Both the position numbers and the translations under genes were made by a program. From positions 108,624,001 to 108,688,000 of the forward strand of contig OZ024745.1 in NCBI GenBank assembly GCA_964016885.1: a DNA stretch of 64,000 bases, written 5' to 3'. Numbering within the stretch: the stretch's first letter is position 1; each line of letters begins with the position of its first letter. The notes under the pieces are model-generated. The model was not told the origin of the DNA, did not search any database, and saw nothing but the letters and a program-made list of their open reading frames with translations. Source of the DNA: Eledone cirrhosa (Eukaryota). This document shows, in pieces, positions 1 through 12,354 of the stretch.

Positions 1-351
1 TGTGAGAGTGTGTGAGAGAGTGTGTGTGTGTGTGTGAGTGTATTTGTGAGAGCGTGTGTGAGTGTGTGTGAGTGTGTGTGAAAGTGTGTGTGTGAGAGTG
101 TGTGTGAGTGTGTGTGAGAGTGTGTGTGTGTGAGTGTGTGTGTGAGTGTGTGTTTGAGAGTGTGTGTGTGTGTGAGAGAGTGTGTGAGTGTGTGTGTGTG
201 TGAGAGTGTGTGTGAGAGTGTGTGTGTGAGTGTGTGAGTGTGTGTGTGTGAGTGTGTGTTTGAGTGTGTGTGTGTGAGAGAGTGTGTGTGAGTGTGTGTG
301 AGAGTGTGTGTGTGTGAGTGTGTGTGTGAGTGTGTGTGTGAGAGTGTGTGT
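1..351. repeat. (GT)n/(GA)n compound microsatellite
   Basis: Direct reading of GT/GA dinucleotides. Confidence 0.95.
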
Positions 352-512
352 GATGCATTCATTTTCCAAGTGGGAAAACAGAGTAAAAACAACAAAACCA
401 AAACAAAGCCAGCCTTTGGTGTTTTATCTGGAGAGCAACAACTTCAGAAAGACTATGAATCCAGGGAGAGTCAATGTCCTGCTCTTGGGAGAGACCAAAT
501 AGAACATAAGTA

Positions 513-1900
513 CCATCACTACTACTACTACTAACACCACTGCTACTATCACTAACAACAACAACACCATCACTACTACTACTACTACCACTGCCACCAA
601 CTCCACCACCACCACCGCTGCTACAACTACTACTACTAACAACAACAACAACACCACTGCTACTAACACTAACAACAACAACAACACCACTGCTACTATC
701 ACTAACAACAACAACAACAACACCACTGCTACTAACACTAACAACAACAACACCACTGCTACTATCACTAACAACAACAACAACAACACCACTGCTACTA
801 TCACTAACAACAACAACAACAACACCACTGCTACTAACACTAACAACAACAACAACACCACTGCTACTAACAACAACAACAACAACAACAACTACTACTA
901 CCACTGCCACCAACAACACCACCACCACCGCCGCCACTGCTACAACTACTACTACTAACAACAACATGGTGGCGGTGGTGGTAGTAGTAGTAGTGTTGTT
1001 CTTAGTAGTAGTAGTGGTGGTGTTAGTGGTAGTAGCAGTTGGTGGTGGTGGTGTTGGTGGTAGTAGTGTTGTTCTTAGTAGTAGTAGTGGTGGTGTTAGT
1101 GGTAGTAGCAGTTGGTGGTGGTGGTGGTGTTGGTGGTAGCAGTATTATTCTTGTAATAATAACACTACCACCACTACTTCGTTTAGCATTTCCACAATTA
1201 ATAATAATACTACCACCACTACTATTACCCTACTACTTTTAACATTACCATAGTTAATAATAATAATAATAATAATAATGATAATAATAATACCACTACT
1301 ACTCTTACCACTACTACTTTTAACACTACCACAGTTAGTAACAATACTACCACCACTACTGCTTTTAACACTACCACAATTGGTAATAATAATACTACCA
1401 CCACCATTACCACCACACCACCACTACTACCACCACCATCACCAACCACTACCATCACCACAACCACCACCACCACTACCACCACCACCACCACCACCAC
1501 TACCACCATCACCATCACTACCACTACTACCATCACCACTACCAACACCACCACTACCACCACCACAACCATCACCATTACCACCACCATCACCATCACC
1601 ACTACCACCACCATCACCTCAACCACCACAACCACTACTATCATCACCACTACCACCATCACCACTACCACCACCACCACCACCACCATCATCACCACCA
1701 CCACCATCACCAGTACCACCACCACCACTACCACCATCACCACTACCACCATCACCACAACCACCACAACCACTACCACCATCACCACAACCACCACCAC
1801 CACTACCACCATCACCACTACCACCATCACCACAACCATCACCACTACAACCACCATCACCATCACCACTACCACCACAACCACCACCACCACCACCACT
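513..1900. repeat. Compound trinucleotide repeat (ACT/AAC/ACC), with an inverted GGT/AGT block at about 966-1145
   Basis: Direct reading; source of the poly-V/L/P ORFs. Confidence 0.95.
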
Positions 1901-2470
1901 ATTATAATTTTTTTATGGGGTGGAGGAGAGAATTATACTATTTTTTTGTTATTTTAGTTGTACATGTTCTTGATCATGTTGTTCAAGATTACTTCACTGT
2001 TACAAGGCATGCCCCATGAGGGGATTTAATTGAACAATACAGACAATTATGTTGTATTTCATCCAGTTGATGTTGTTCTTGTTGTTGTTGTTAAATGATT
2101 GTCTGTCTGTTCAGTCTTTGTTTATGTTTTTATATTGTTATATTGTTTCCATCACTAGTCATTGACCATGCTGGGACATCATCTTTAGGGGCTTAGGTAA
2201 TTATATTGACCCCCATGCCATGCTACTTTGTCTGGGACTCAGTTTATGAATCTCTATTTATTTGGAGGGTAGCAAGTTATGTAAAGAAGGGAGTTATGTT
2301 AATAAGGGAGTTATGACCCTCTAGAGATGGAAATACCACAAGACATCTATACCCATTTACATCAGTATACACAAGCATACGAGTATGTATATATGTAAGT
2401 ATGTGTGTGTATGCGTTTATGTATGCGTTATGTATGTGTGGTGGGTATATATATATATATATATATATAC

Positions 2471-2568
2471 AAAGGAATTGTGGTAAGGAACCAGATGGAC
2501 CATAACGCACCAGAGTACTCAATACTTAGGGTAGTAGAGTGGGAAATAGGAAAAAGTATACTTTTTCC

Positions 2569-2570
<2 letters not shown>
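2471..2570. mobile_element. Short TA-embedded dispersed repeat (family C, GAGTACTCAATACTTAGGGTAGTAGAG); other copies 10865-11022, and inverted at 50480-50625 and 56196-56390
   Basis: Near-identical to 10873-10947; ends in the palindrome AGGAAAAAGTATACTTTTTCCT; flanked by (TA)n. Confidence 0.7.
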
Positions 2571-2602
<32 letters not shown>

Positions 2603-2606
2603 CAGG

Positions 2607-2805
2607 GGGTGGTGGAGACATGTGGCCTGCTGGTAAGGGTATTGGACTTATGATCATAATGTCATGGATTCGATTCCTGGGCTGGGCTGTGTGTTGTATT
2701 CTTGAGCAAAACACTTCATTTCCCATTGCTCCAGTATACTCAGCTAAAAACGAGTACCAGCAATAGCTGAGGATTTAACCCTGTGATGGACTGGCGTCCT
2801 GGCCA
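2607..2805 (+). mobile_element. tRNA-derived SINE family B, diverged copy
   Basis: A-box-like TGGCCTGCTGG, B-box-like GATTCGATTCC, shared TTGAGCAAAACACTTCATTTC domain. Confidence 0.7.
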
Positions 2806-3209
2806 ATGCTCTAACAATTTCACAAATTTATTGTTCTAAACAGATATTTTATTTCATCAACCCTAGAATGAAACATGACAAAGTTGAACCTAATAGGATC
2901 TGAACTAAAAATCTAAAGAGCTGGAACAAACACTATAAAAATATGTTCAATGTTCTAATGATTCTGTCTATCCCAGCCTTGATGGAAATACTCCATTAGC
3001 ATTGTTTCAGCTAATCCTAGTCACCAAAGAAGCTTCAATCTTTGGGAAGAACTGTCTTTATACCTGGATGATGTCTTTTCTTAATATTAACGATATAATG
3101 AACCAATGAGAGAGCCTTTAATTGGTCACTCAATCTCCTGGAAATATCAGGCAAAATCTCTCAAATCACAACATATTATTATCCTTATTTTATTAGTTAT
3201 GTCCCATTA

Positions 3210-3335
3210 TGGTCTGAGTTCAAATCCCATCGAGGTTAACTTTGCCTCTCATCCTTACGGGGTCGATAAAATAAAGTACCAGTAATGTACTGGGAAATTG
3301 CTGGCCTTGTGCCAAAAGTAGAAACAATTATTATC
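3210..3335 (+). mobile_element. SINE family A, 5'-truncated
   Basis: GAGTTCAAATCC...CATCCTTACGGGGTCGATAAAATAAAGTACCAG shared with 62175-62362. Confidence 0.8.
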
Positions 3336-3586
3336 ATTATTTAAACCTCCTCCCCCCCCCACTTTTTTTCCATACTGGACATGGGTTGGATGGGTAGTTA
3401 CAGTCCATGACCAGATGCTTTAGAACGACCAATTTTCCTCATTACACATATTTGGCCTAGTTTCTATAGCTGGATGCAGTAAACTCCTTGAAAAAAAATA
3501 AAAAACGAACTAGATATTAGATAAGGGAATCCAAGATGGCTCACATCTAGAAAGCCTTAGATTATCTGCCCAATTTAACAAAGTTA

Positions 3587-3894
3587 AAGTATACCAACTT
3601 ATGTCCATATATATACAGTATAGAAGTAACCAAGACTGTAATTGTTTATGCAGTTTTACATATTTTTAGTTGGTAGATATGTAAATACGCCAAATATACA
3701 TATTTTCCTGTACACTGAAAATATGTTAAATAACTTTTATCAATTTTAAAACCTAGTTGAGTCCTCATTAGAAGGAGTGTAAATCATCTAAACAACTACA
3801 AGGAAGTACATATATTTGGAATGTTAACATATCTGTATACTAAAAATGCAAACTCTATACTGTATATATACAGACATAACTTTATTGTATACTT
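3587..3894. repeat. Degenerate long inverted repeat (fold-back/MITE-like)
   Basis: TTATGTCCATATATATACAGTATAG vs CTATACTGTATATATACAGACATAA, plus an inner matching segment. Confidence 0.6.
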
Positions 3895-4565
3895 CGGCTG
3901 CCTAGCACACATTTATCATCATCATCGTCAACATTTTTACACCCGCTTTTCTATGCTTGCATGAGTTAGTTGGGTCCTTTTTAGCACAGCATCTCTTCAC
4001 TTGTGTTGTTCCTTCATCATCTCCTCTGCAAGTTTCAGTGATTTCAGATCAGCTCTCACCACTTCTGAACAAGGTCTGGCACTTCTTCACCCACCAATCA
4101 ATATGTATATATCTTAACTACCAACATGTATGTATATTCCCGTAACTCCTGATAAAGTTGTATTGATATACGGCTTTTCTTGGTTATTTCAAACCTGGCA
4201 GAACCCGTCACTCTCCAGGCCTGAATACAGCAGATTTCTTCCCGAGTAAGATAGAAAGTGAAAGAGAGGAAATGAGAAAGAGATATAGAGGAACAATCGA
4301 CCCCCAGAACTAGACTGGTACATTTTTTATCGACCTCGAAAAGATGAAAGGAAAAGTTGACCTCGGCAGGATTTGAACTTAGAGATCCGGAACGAATACC
4401 ATAAAGTATTTTATCTGACATTCTAACAACTCTACTATTTTGCCGCCATAACTACCAATATAAGCATTAATAAATTGAAAATTGATATGACCATTTCAAG
4501 ATAGTACTATAAGTGATAGTGCTTATAAGTCCCTTGGCTTTGTATTTCTTTGGGTTTGTCTAGAT

Positions 4566-4730
4566 CAGTGGGTCTCAATCGGGGTCCACATGGACCCTGG
4601 GGGTCCATGTAATATTCCTGGAAGTCCACAGGCAAAAAATATTCTTTTGTCGAATAGCTATGACGGGGTCCACCCCCCAAAAAATTAGGGAAAAGTGGTC
4701 CATGAGTAAAAAAAAGGTTGAGGACCACTC
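4566..4730. mobile_element. hAT-type (Charlie-like) MITE
   Basis: 8-bp TSD GTCTAGAT at 4558-4565 and 4731-4738; imperfect TIRs CAGTGGGTCTCAA / TTGAGGACCACTC. Confidence 0.85.
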
Positions 4731-4919
4731 GTCTAGATGATATAGATATCTTCTTTTGAGGACCCAACTAGTTTCAAAAATCAATTATAGGTATATATAA
4801 TTGTTTAGATAACAGTGAAATACAGGTATTTGGCATGTTTACATGTCTACATATAAAAAAATGTGTAAATTTATATACACATTTATGAAGTCTTAGTTTC
4901 CTTTGTATTATATAGACAT

Positions 4920-4955
<36 letters not shown>

Positions 4956-5033
4956 ATTATATATGTTAGTCCTTGGTTCAATCGGGGGTTATTACAGTAA
5001 GTAAGGTACTCAATACATTAGTAGAGTATATAC

Positions 5034-5135
5034 AACAAATTTAATATAGAAATTACTTCAACAGGACTAGGACTGTTTCTCCTTTGAATGAAACAGTTCT
5101 AGTCCTGTAGAAGCCATTTTTATATTAAATTTGTT
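5034..5135. repeat. Fold-back hairpin carrying the 3' half of a hammerhead on each arm
   Basis: 46-bp imperfect arms with a 10-bp spacer; the right arm reads GAAA-CAG-TTCTAGTC-CTG-TA-GAAG; same family as 32994-33110. Confidence 0.65.
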
Positions 5136-5185
5136 TATATATGTATATATGTATATATATATATATATGTATATGTGTGTGTATA

Positions 5186-5309
<124 letters not shown>

Positions 5310-5411
5310 AAGCATCAAACTTTTGAAGTGCTCAGAAGCTATGAAGTTTATAGAAGATGTATGAAACTTAGATGCAGAAATAATTGTAAATACTGTCAAT
5401 AGTTATAAACA

Positions 5412-5859
5412 ATAGCTTAGAAAATTGAGTTAAATACTATATAGATGGAGAAAACAAATGGCCAAAACCCACTACAAAGGATCAAACTTTGTATCTCCCA
5501 TATATCAGCTCACTGCTCTAACCATTAAACTAAACAAACTTTGACAACAATCCCCATCCAAATTAGGAAGCTAATTCATACAGCTTTTAATTGCATTTAA
5601 GTTTCTCATATATTCAATGAATTTCCAAATTCCTCAGCACTTTGAAAGTTCAATGCTTTACATACAATATTGTTTACATTTAAAAGCTGTACGAATTAGC
5701 TATCTAATTTGAACAGGGAACTGTTGTAAGTTGTTGTTTAGCTCAGCGGTTAGAGCAGTCAACTAGCATCTGAACGACATGAAGTTCAATTCTTTGTAGC
5801 AGCAGAAGACCACCTTTTTTCCATCTCATAGAGGTATTTTACCTAATTTTAAAAGTTAT
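5412..5859. repeat. Inverted repeat containing two divergent tRNA-like sequences
   Basis: Right arm TAGCTCAGCGGTTAGAGC...GTTCAATTC (5730-5804) followed by a T run; mirrored on the left arm. Confidence 0.6.
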
Positions 5860-5933
5860 GCATATCAACCAATTGTATTTACAGTTATTTCTGTATCTGA
5901 GTTTGTTTACACACACACACAAAGTATATATAT

Positions 5934-6378
5934 GTGAAGGAGCATGGCTTAGAGGTTAGAGCATTGGGCTTGCAATCGAAAGGTTGTGAGTTCAATTCTC
6001 AGACCGGATGATGTGTTGTTTCCTTGAGTAAGACACTTTATTTCACATTGCTCCAGTTTATTCAGCTGTAGAAATGAGATGATAGGACTGGGGTCTCTAT
6101 CATTCCACTGCAAAGTGGTCGTGGATGTGCCACGGCAAAAAAGCACCCAGCACTCAGTGTAAAGTGGGCATGTAGGTGCCATGGAAAAAAAAGCACCCAG
6201 CACTCACTTTAAATAAGGTTGGTGTTAGGAAGGGCATCCAGCTGTAGAAATCAAGCCAGATCAGTTCCTGTTTGAGCAAGATAAGGTCAGCCGACCGGAC
6301 ACTGCCCACAACAGGACAACCCGTCTAACCCATGCTAGCATGGAAGAATGGACGTAAAACGGGGATGATGATGATCAT
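5934..6378 (+). mobile_element. tRNA-derived SINE family B (CORE-like central domain, (GAT)n tail)
   Basis: A box TGGCTTAGAGG, B box GTTCAATTC, CCTTGAGTAAGACACTT, tail ending GGACGTAAAACGGGGATGATGAT; matches 27249-27590. Confidence 0.85.
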
Positions 6379-6382
6379 GATA

Positions 6383-6419
<37 letters not shown>

Positions 6420-7651
6420 ATTTCGTATTTCTAAAAAAATAGCTAAGGCTTTCTAAATGTTTATTTATAAACATGCCATATTTCTTTAGAAATACAAAAT
6501 TCCAATACATATCTCTATACAGTTATGCACAAAGCTAAATTCTTATTCTATTATGTATATATATATATATATTTATATCATCATTGTGTTTACGTCCGTT
6601 TTTCAAAGCCTGCATGGGTTATATGTATGCATGTAGATATGTATATTAAAATTTAGCTCAAAATTTAGCTTCGGCATTTCTGTATACATACATGTATGTG
6701 AATTTCATACATCTAAAGATATATGGTATGTTTAATAAATAAACATTTTGAAAGTCCAGCGCCATCTAGTGGATTCCAGCAGAAGCAATGGAGGATAACT
6801 GTCTATGCATTTAAAGCTCAATCTCTCTCTCTCCCCCCTCTCTCTCTATCGTCATCATCGATTAACATCTATTTTCCACGCTAGCATGGGTTAGACGGTT
6901 CCCCTTTAGAATCAAATTGGGTCAGATGACCATGTCTCACCCATATAGGGGTGTTTTGGGCTTGTTTTCTACGGCTGGATGCCCTTCCTAATGCCAACCA
7001 CATTGACAGTGTGTGCTGGGTGCTTTTTGCTGTGCCTTTTACATGTCTCTCTCTCTCTTTCTCTATATATATAGTTTAATTTATCTTGTTGCCTTCTTTG
7101 CATTACCAAATGGTTTTGTGGCAGTAAATATGACCAGCTCATTCTGATGCAATAATAAAATAAGTGTAATTTGAAAAAAGGAACTAGTGAACTGCCATTT
7201 TAAGAACACATGAGGTTATAAATGCTTTTGTAACATGAGATGGCAAAATATTTGCTGATTGTGCTAGGTGGTGCTATTAAGTTAGACATAGTCTGGGCCA
7301 ATACTGGCCGAAACCTATCAAAGTTATCAAAGCTATCATCTTCTCCCATGGAGTTGAGGTTGCTAAAGGGATATTTTGTCATATTCTAAAATCTTACTTC
7401 TATGTTTTATATCAAACATATCAGCTACAGATTCCTTAGCTACTTCAGTAAAGCATTGGCCTAAAAAAAAAAAAAAAAAAAAAAGGCACCACTTTTGATA
7501 ACTTTGACCATTGCATAAGCCTCTTTATCTTGTTTTTTCTAGAATTTATTAACATTGTAAAGAATACTACAGGCCTACCATTGCACAGAGTTAGCTATCC
7601 ATGTGTGTGAGCCATGCAAGCTGGAATGGCTCTTCCAGCATGTCTTCCTCA

Positions 7652-7805
7652 TCATCCTTCAGGGAAAAACCTTTTTTGTTCTGTTTGCCATGGCTGTGGG
7701 GCAGCCAGCACATGGGCTCCCATTTGCTCATAATAGTGAGAGATGGGGAGAGTGGGAGAGATGGAGGCAGTGACAGTGGGAGTTTGGTTCTTTTGTGTTC
7801 GGACC
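7652..7805 (-). CDS. Possible terminal coding exon of an unknown gene (VRTQKNQTPTVTASISPTLPISHYYEQMGAHVLAAPQPWQTEQKRFFPEG*)
   Basis: Unique, higher-GC sequence after a possible ...CACAAG acceptor, with downstream AATAAA (7545-7550, minus). No domain recognised and frame uncertain. Confidence 0.2.
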
Positions 7806-8136
7806 TTGTGTATATGTATATGAGAAAATGAGTATAGTACACTAAACACTTTAATATCATTTTGATTGTGATTGAAATGGTAGTCTGTTATATTCTTCAC
7901 AGACTCAAAGAGGATTAGTTTGGTGGTAAATGGCATATATTTATCTACTTGAGACTTGACAAACTCTGTAATATGTTTATAAGTCATTGATAGCCATTAC
8001 ACCTTCTGAGAATGGAAGCTGAATACTCATTAATGTTCTTATTCTTTCAGAGAAGCAAGGATTCCATTGTAAATAACATGCAAGCAAATCTGTCATAAGA
8101 CATAAGGATTGTTTATTAGGAGTCATTGGTATTTCT

Positions 8137-8364
8137 TTAACCCTTTAATGTTTAAGCCGGCCAAAACCGGCCAGAATTCTCTACCTCTTTCTGTTGAAAC
8201 TGGCTGTAACTACTCGCTCATACTGATGTTAAGGTATTGTTCTCAAAATAAATACTTTCAAAATCTCATAGATTCGATATTATGTGAGATAATTATGTGA
8301 TGTAAAGACTTTACCATGAAAATATAAGAGTATTTATAGAGTAATGTGAATGCTAAAGGGTTAA
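8137..8364. mobile_element. piggyBac-like MITE (TTAA-CCCTTT...AAAGGG-TTAA)
   Basis: TTAA at both ends, CCC/GGG termini, about 11 similar copies in the window. Confidence 0.85.
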
Positions 8365-9139
8365 GTGGAGTTAAACAAGGAGTTTCAAGTTGTGATTCAT
8401 TATAACTAATCATATAACCAGAAATGCAAATATATTCAGTTGAAAATTTACATTATAGTTGATTGTATTAGATTCATGAGCTAGTTTTGAGAATTTAAGT
8501 AAATTTTTTTAATGGTCTTCTTTGGTTTTATCACATGCGATGACAGCATCTAAATAGGTGTACGTGCCTTGCAGCTAGTTTTCACATATAATGCTGTCTA
8601 CAGTTCATTGGAAACATGCATCACCATTTGTAAAACTGACGTTAAGATGCTTGAACAAAAACAATTGGCCGTCTACCTCAACATGGTAAGTACCTTATCA
8701 TTAGAATTTATTACAATACAGTGGTATTCATTATGTAAGTTGATAGCTCTAAATACATTGTAACGGGATATAAGTAGTGAGCAAATATCTATGTAGGTGA
8801 GTTTATTAGTAGTTTCAGGGTAGTAAACTTGTAAACTATTTTTATTGTTAACATTAATGACATGTATCTGTGTGCTCAACATAGTTAATCACTTAGTTCA
8901 ATGTCTTTTAGCATCCTATTCACTTCTAAATGAACAAAATCAGCATCAGATGATTTAAACTTATGAAATTTCATAATTGTTGGCTTAATATGTGGCAATA
9001 GATTATTGAAGAATCTAGGTAAATCAAGATTTTTAATCAGGCTAGAGAGTGGACTACCAAGTCCGGCTGGAAAGTGTTTGTGTGTGTGTGTGTGGGGGGG
9101 GGGACACAGTCAACTTATGAGCAACATACAACAATAATG

Positions 9140-9353
9140 GTTTCTCATTTAGGCACAAGGCCAGCAATATTGTGGGAGGAGAAAGTTAATTAAATCGACC
9201 CAAGTGCATTACTGGTACTTTATTTTATCGACCCCGTAAGGACGAAAGGCAAAGCCTACTTTGGAGGGATTTGAACTCATAGCGTAAAGGGCCGTAGCTC
9301 TATGCCGCAAAGCATACTGTCCGACACTCTACCGATATTGCTAATCCACCACC
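9140..9353 (-). mobile_element. SINE family A
   Basis: Reverse complement of the 62175-62362 consensus. Confidence 0.8.
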
Positions 9354-9371
9354 TTACATACAACATACAAC

Positions 9372-10520
9372 AATAATGAGATGAAAAATATAGCAAATAA
9401 CTTAAAACAAGATAGATTAGAAGTCTTAGTTAAATGCGAAGCATAAATCACTATTAAAGACTACAAAGATAATTTTTACCTCAAGCAAAATCAGAGATTA
9501 AATTTGTAAAATCGTTTTATGTAATTTTAATAGCAATATTTGAAGGAAGGCTACTAAACTTCAACAACAGAATCACAGCAACATTGTTATTAGTTGACTT
9601 AAAGTATGGTGTCATTGGTTGTCAGGATTTTTGACCCTTCAAATTTCAAATCCCAACTAAAGAGCATCTTAGAATTTGTTGAAATTTACAATACCATAAG
9701 TGATAAGGATATTGAGATTATTATGCTTGTTGTGAAAACCATGCTTTTATAATACATAAATTACACCTGAGTCAAGAAACGTGATCTAACTTGTTCTCTT
9801 GATGTCTGTATATTGTTGTACAACAGAACAGAGATATGTACCATGTAAGATTATACATTCTAGATATATTAAGTAAGAAATTTACTTCAAATTATACACG
9901 AACAAGTTAGCAATAAACAAAAATATCAATGGACATAAAAATAATAACTAGTCAAAATTTAATCACAAGCTTCCATTAGTAGAATTATTTTAAATTTGTC
10001 CTAAAGCATGGAAGACTTCAGCACAGTAGTCACTAAAATAATGTTCTACTAAGAAGCGAATTTTGGGACAAAATTAACTTCACATTAGACACTGCCTTCT
10101 TAGACTAAGATCAGCGGGAAAAATAATTCTATTGTTCCCAACCCCCTTCTCACTAAATGGTAAATCTAATTTTGCCAAACCTTCTTGGCCTTAATCAATA
10201 AACACTTCCCTACTAACCACAAGTATCACTACCTAATTGACAGGCACAATCTTAAATTAAGTTATAGTTTTACCCCCAATAGTAAAAAGTATCTTATATC
10301 CCACAACAGAACTGAGGCCAGCTGCTCATGTAGAAACACCATCACATGCCCATCAAATATGCTTTGAAATTCAGAAGACTTCATATACAAAGATAAGGTT
10401 ACCTCCATGAAACAGAAGCCAGTTGTAATACATAAGGCTACATGGGTTTCATGGAGGGAACATTCAAACAAGATCAAGACTTTACAAGAAGAAAGCAAAA
10501 ATTAGATTTCTGCACAGCAG
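9372..10520 (+). pseudogene. Decayed Penelope-like retroelement ORF fragment (RT region to start of GIY-YIG region)
   Basis: Residual peptides ITIKDYKDNF, ISDKDIEIIM, FLALINKHFPTNHKYHYLIDRHNLKLSYS and CSCRNTITCP resemble the Penelope RT-to-endonuclease linker; many stops and frameshifts. Confidence 0.7.
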
Positions 10521-10829
10521 AAAAAAAGCACTATACTTAAAAACTATCTTTAAAACCAATTTAATTAAACACTCAGACTATGATTTTCAGAAAATGTAAA
10601 CATTTCAAGAAGCATCTATTATATAAATGGGCTGAACCATATCACTATAACCTGACAAACTCTAATGGCAATTTCCCACCTGTTCACTATCTAGAGTAAC
10701 TCACTTCCCTACATATGCTTACTTTTTAAATCGTAAGCAACTGCACCAGGCACAAACAAACATACTTGTGTGTGTTTGACTGCTGTAACTGTGATTTAAA
10801 AAGTAGGCATATGTAGAGAAGTAGATTAC

Positions 10830-10861
<32 letters not shown>

Positions 10862-11212
10862 ATGAAAGAAGAGTGGTAAGGAACCAGATGGACCATAACG
10901 CACCAGAGTACTCAATACTTAGGGTAGTAGAGTAGGTAATAGGAAAATGTTTAACCCCGACGGCAGAGCTCAAGCCGTCGAAATGGCTTGAGGTCTGCCA
11001 TTGGGGTTAAACATTTTCCTATATACATATATATACATCATCATCACCGTCTAGAGTAAGTTTTTCCATGCTTGGATGGATTAGATGGATCTTCCATGCT
11101 GGAAGGCAAGTCTGGACATGCCCAGCCATGCTTCAACAAGGACTGTAAATTTGGCTGGGTATTTTACAGCTGAAAGCCCTTCCTAATACCAATGTTGGCT
11201 GCACCGAACATG

Positions 11213-11456
11213 TCTCACAATGGAACCATAGTTTGGGAGCCTGATCCATCTCACAATGGAACCATAGTTTTGGAGCCTGATCCATCTCACAATGGAACCA
11301 TAGTTTTGGAGCCTGATCCATCTCACAATGGAACCATAGTTTTGGAGCCTGATCCATCTCACAATGGAACCATAGTTTTGGAGCCTGACCCATCTCACAA
11401 TGGAACCATAGTTTTGGAGCCTGACCCATCTCACAATGGAACCATAGTTTTGGGGC
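11213..11456. repeat. 36-bp minisatellite, about 6.8 copies
   Basis: Unit TCTCACAATGGAACCATAGTTTTGGAGCCTGATCCA, contiguous with no spacers. Confidence 0.95.
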
Positions 11457-11529
11457 CCAGTACTGGATGGCACCACTATGTACACATTTATATTTTTATA
11501 TATATATGTGTTTGTGTATACATATACAC

Positions 11530-11592
<63 letters not shown>

Positions 11593-11637
11593 ATTAAATA
11601 TTAAATAAATGGAAAACTATATTTATAAAACCATATT

Positions 11638-11703
11638 TATTTCATTATATATATTTCGGGGATATCATATTAACAATATGTTATGCCTTCATCAGACAAA
11701 ATA
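11638..11703 (-). ncRNA. Type I minimal hammerhead ribozyme motif
   Basis: UAUUUUGU-CUGAUGA-[stem II AGGCAUAACAUAUU/AAUAUGAUAUCCCC]-GAAA-UAUAUA-UA-AUGAAAUA; 8-bp stem I with two G.U pairs; A.C at the stem II base. Confidence 0.75.
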
Positions 11704-11851
11704 CAATATAAACAGTTTTATAGATAAATATATTCGACATACCGTAATAAACATCAACTTCATTTGAAGAGGTTTACTCTAGCAGTGAAAATACAGAGAG
11801 AAAGAAAGAGAGAAAGAAAAGAGGGAAAAAAGAAAGAAAGAAAGACAAAAC

Positions 11852-11904
<53 letters not shown>

Positions 11905-12007
11905 TAAGGTTAATATATATCTGAGGGTACAATGTACCCCCAGAAATACATAGGTTGTCTATGATTCAAGGTGGTTCTATGGTAATAATTTGATATACCA
12001 GAACTTA

Positions 12008-12270
12008 ATATCAAGATAAGCAGAACAAGTAAAATTCAACCAATTTTTCAAAATAAATCAAAATTAATTTACAATTAAAATTAATCAAAATTAAAAAATA
12101 TAATATAAATATTTACCTATTTGAGTGGCTCTTACTGTACAGTTTCACTTTGCAAAACATTAGATATCACATGGATATTAATGGAAAAACAAAGATCATC
12201 AGAGAAACATTTTCCTTTCCTAGGGTTTGAAAAATTGGTTGAATTTTACTTGTTCTGCTTATCTTGATAT
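12008..12270. repeat. 45-bp perfect inverted repeat enclosing a hammerhead
   Basis: 12008-12052 is the reverse complement of 12226-12270. Confidence 0.9.
12129..12206 (-). ncRNA. Type I hammerhead ribozyme motif (GUA site)
   Basis: UUCU-CUGAUGA-U-[CUUUG...CAUUA-AUAUC/GAUAU-C-UAAUG...CAAAG]-U-GAAA-CU-GUAC-AG-UA-AGAG; palindromic ACUGUACAGU stem-loop III. Confidence 0.8.
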
Positions 12271-12354
12271 ATATATTTATATATATATTTCTTCTTTCTT
12301 TTTCAGAAGAATACCAGAAAATATGTAAAGACAAACACACACACAAATATATGT

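Noticed and set aside
5730-5804. Functional tRNA gene
   Set aside because: The anticodon and T stems are mismatched and the anticodon differs between related copies, so it is treated as tRNA-derived.
11213-11456. 36-bp repeats as a CRISPR array or a coding repeat (PDPSHNGTIVLE)
   Set aside because: Units are contiguous with no spacers, there are no cas genes and the context is eukaryotic. The frames are open because the unit is a multiple of 3, and the ORF runs into (TA)n.
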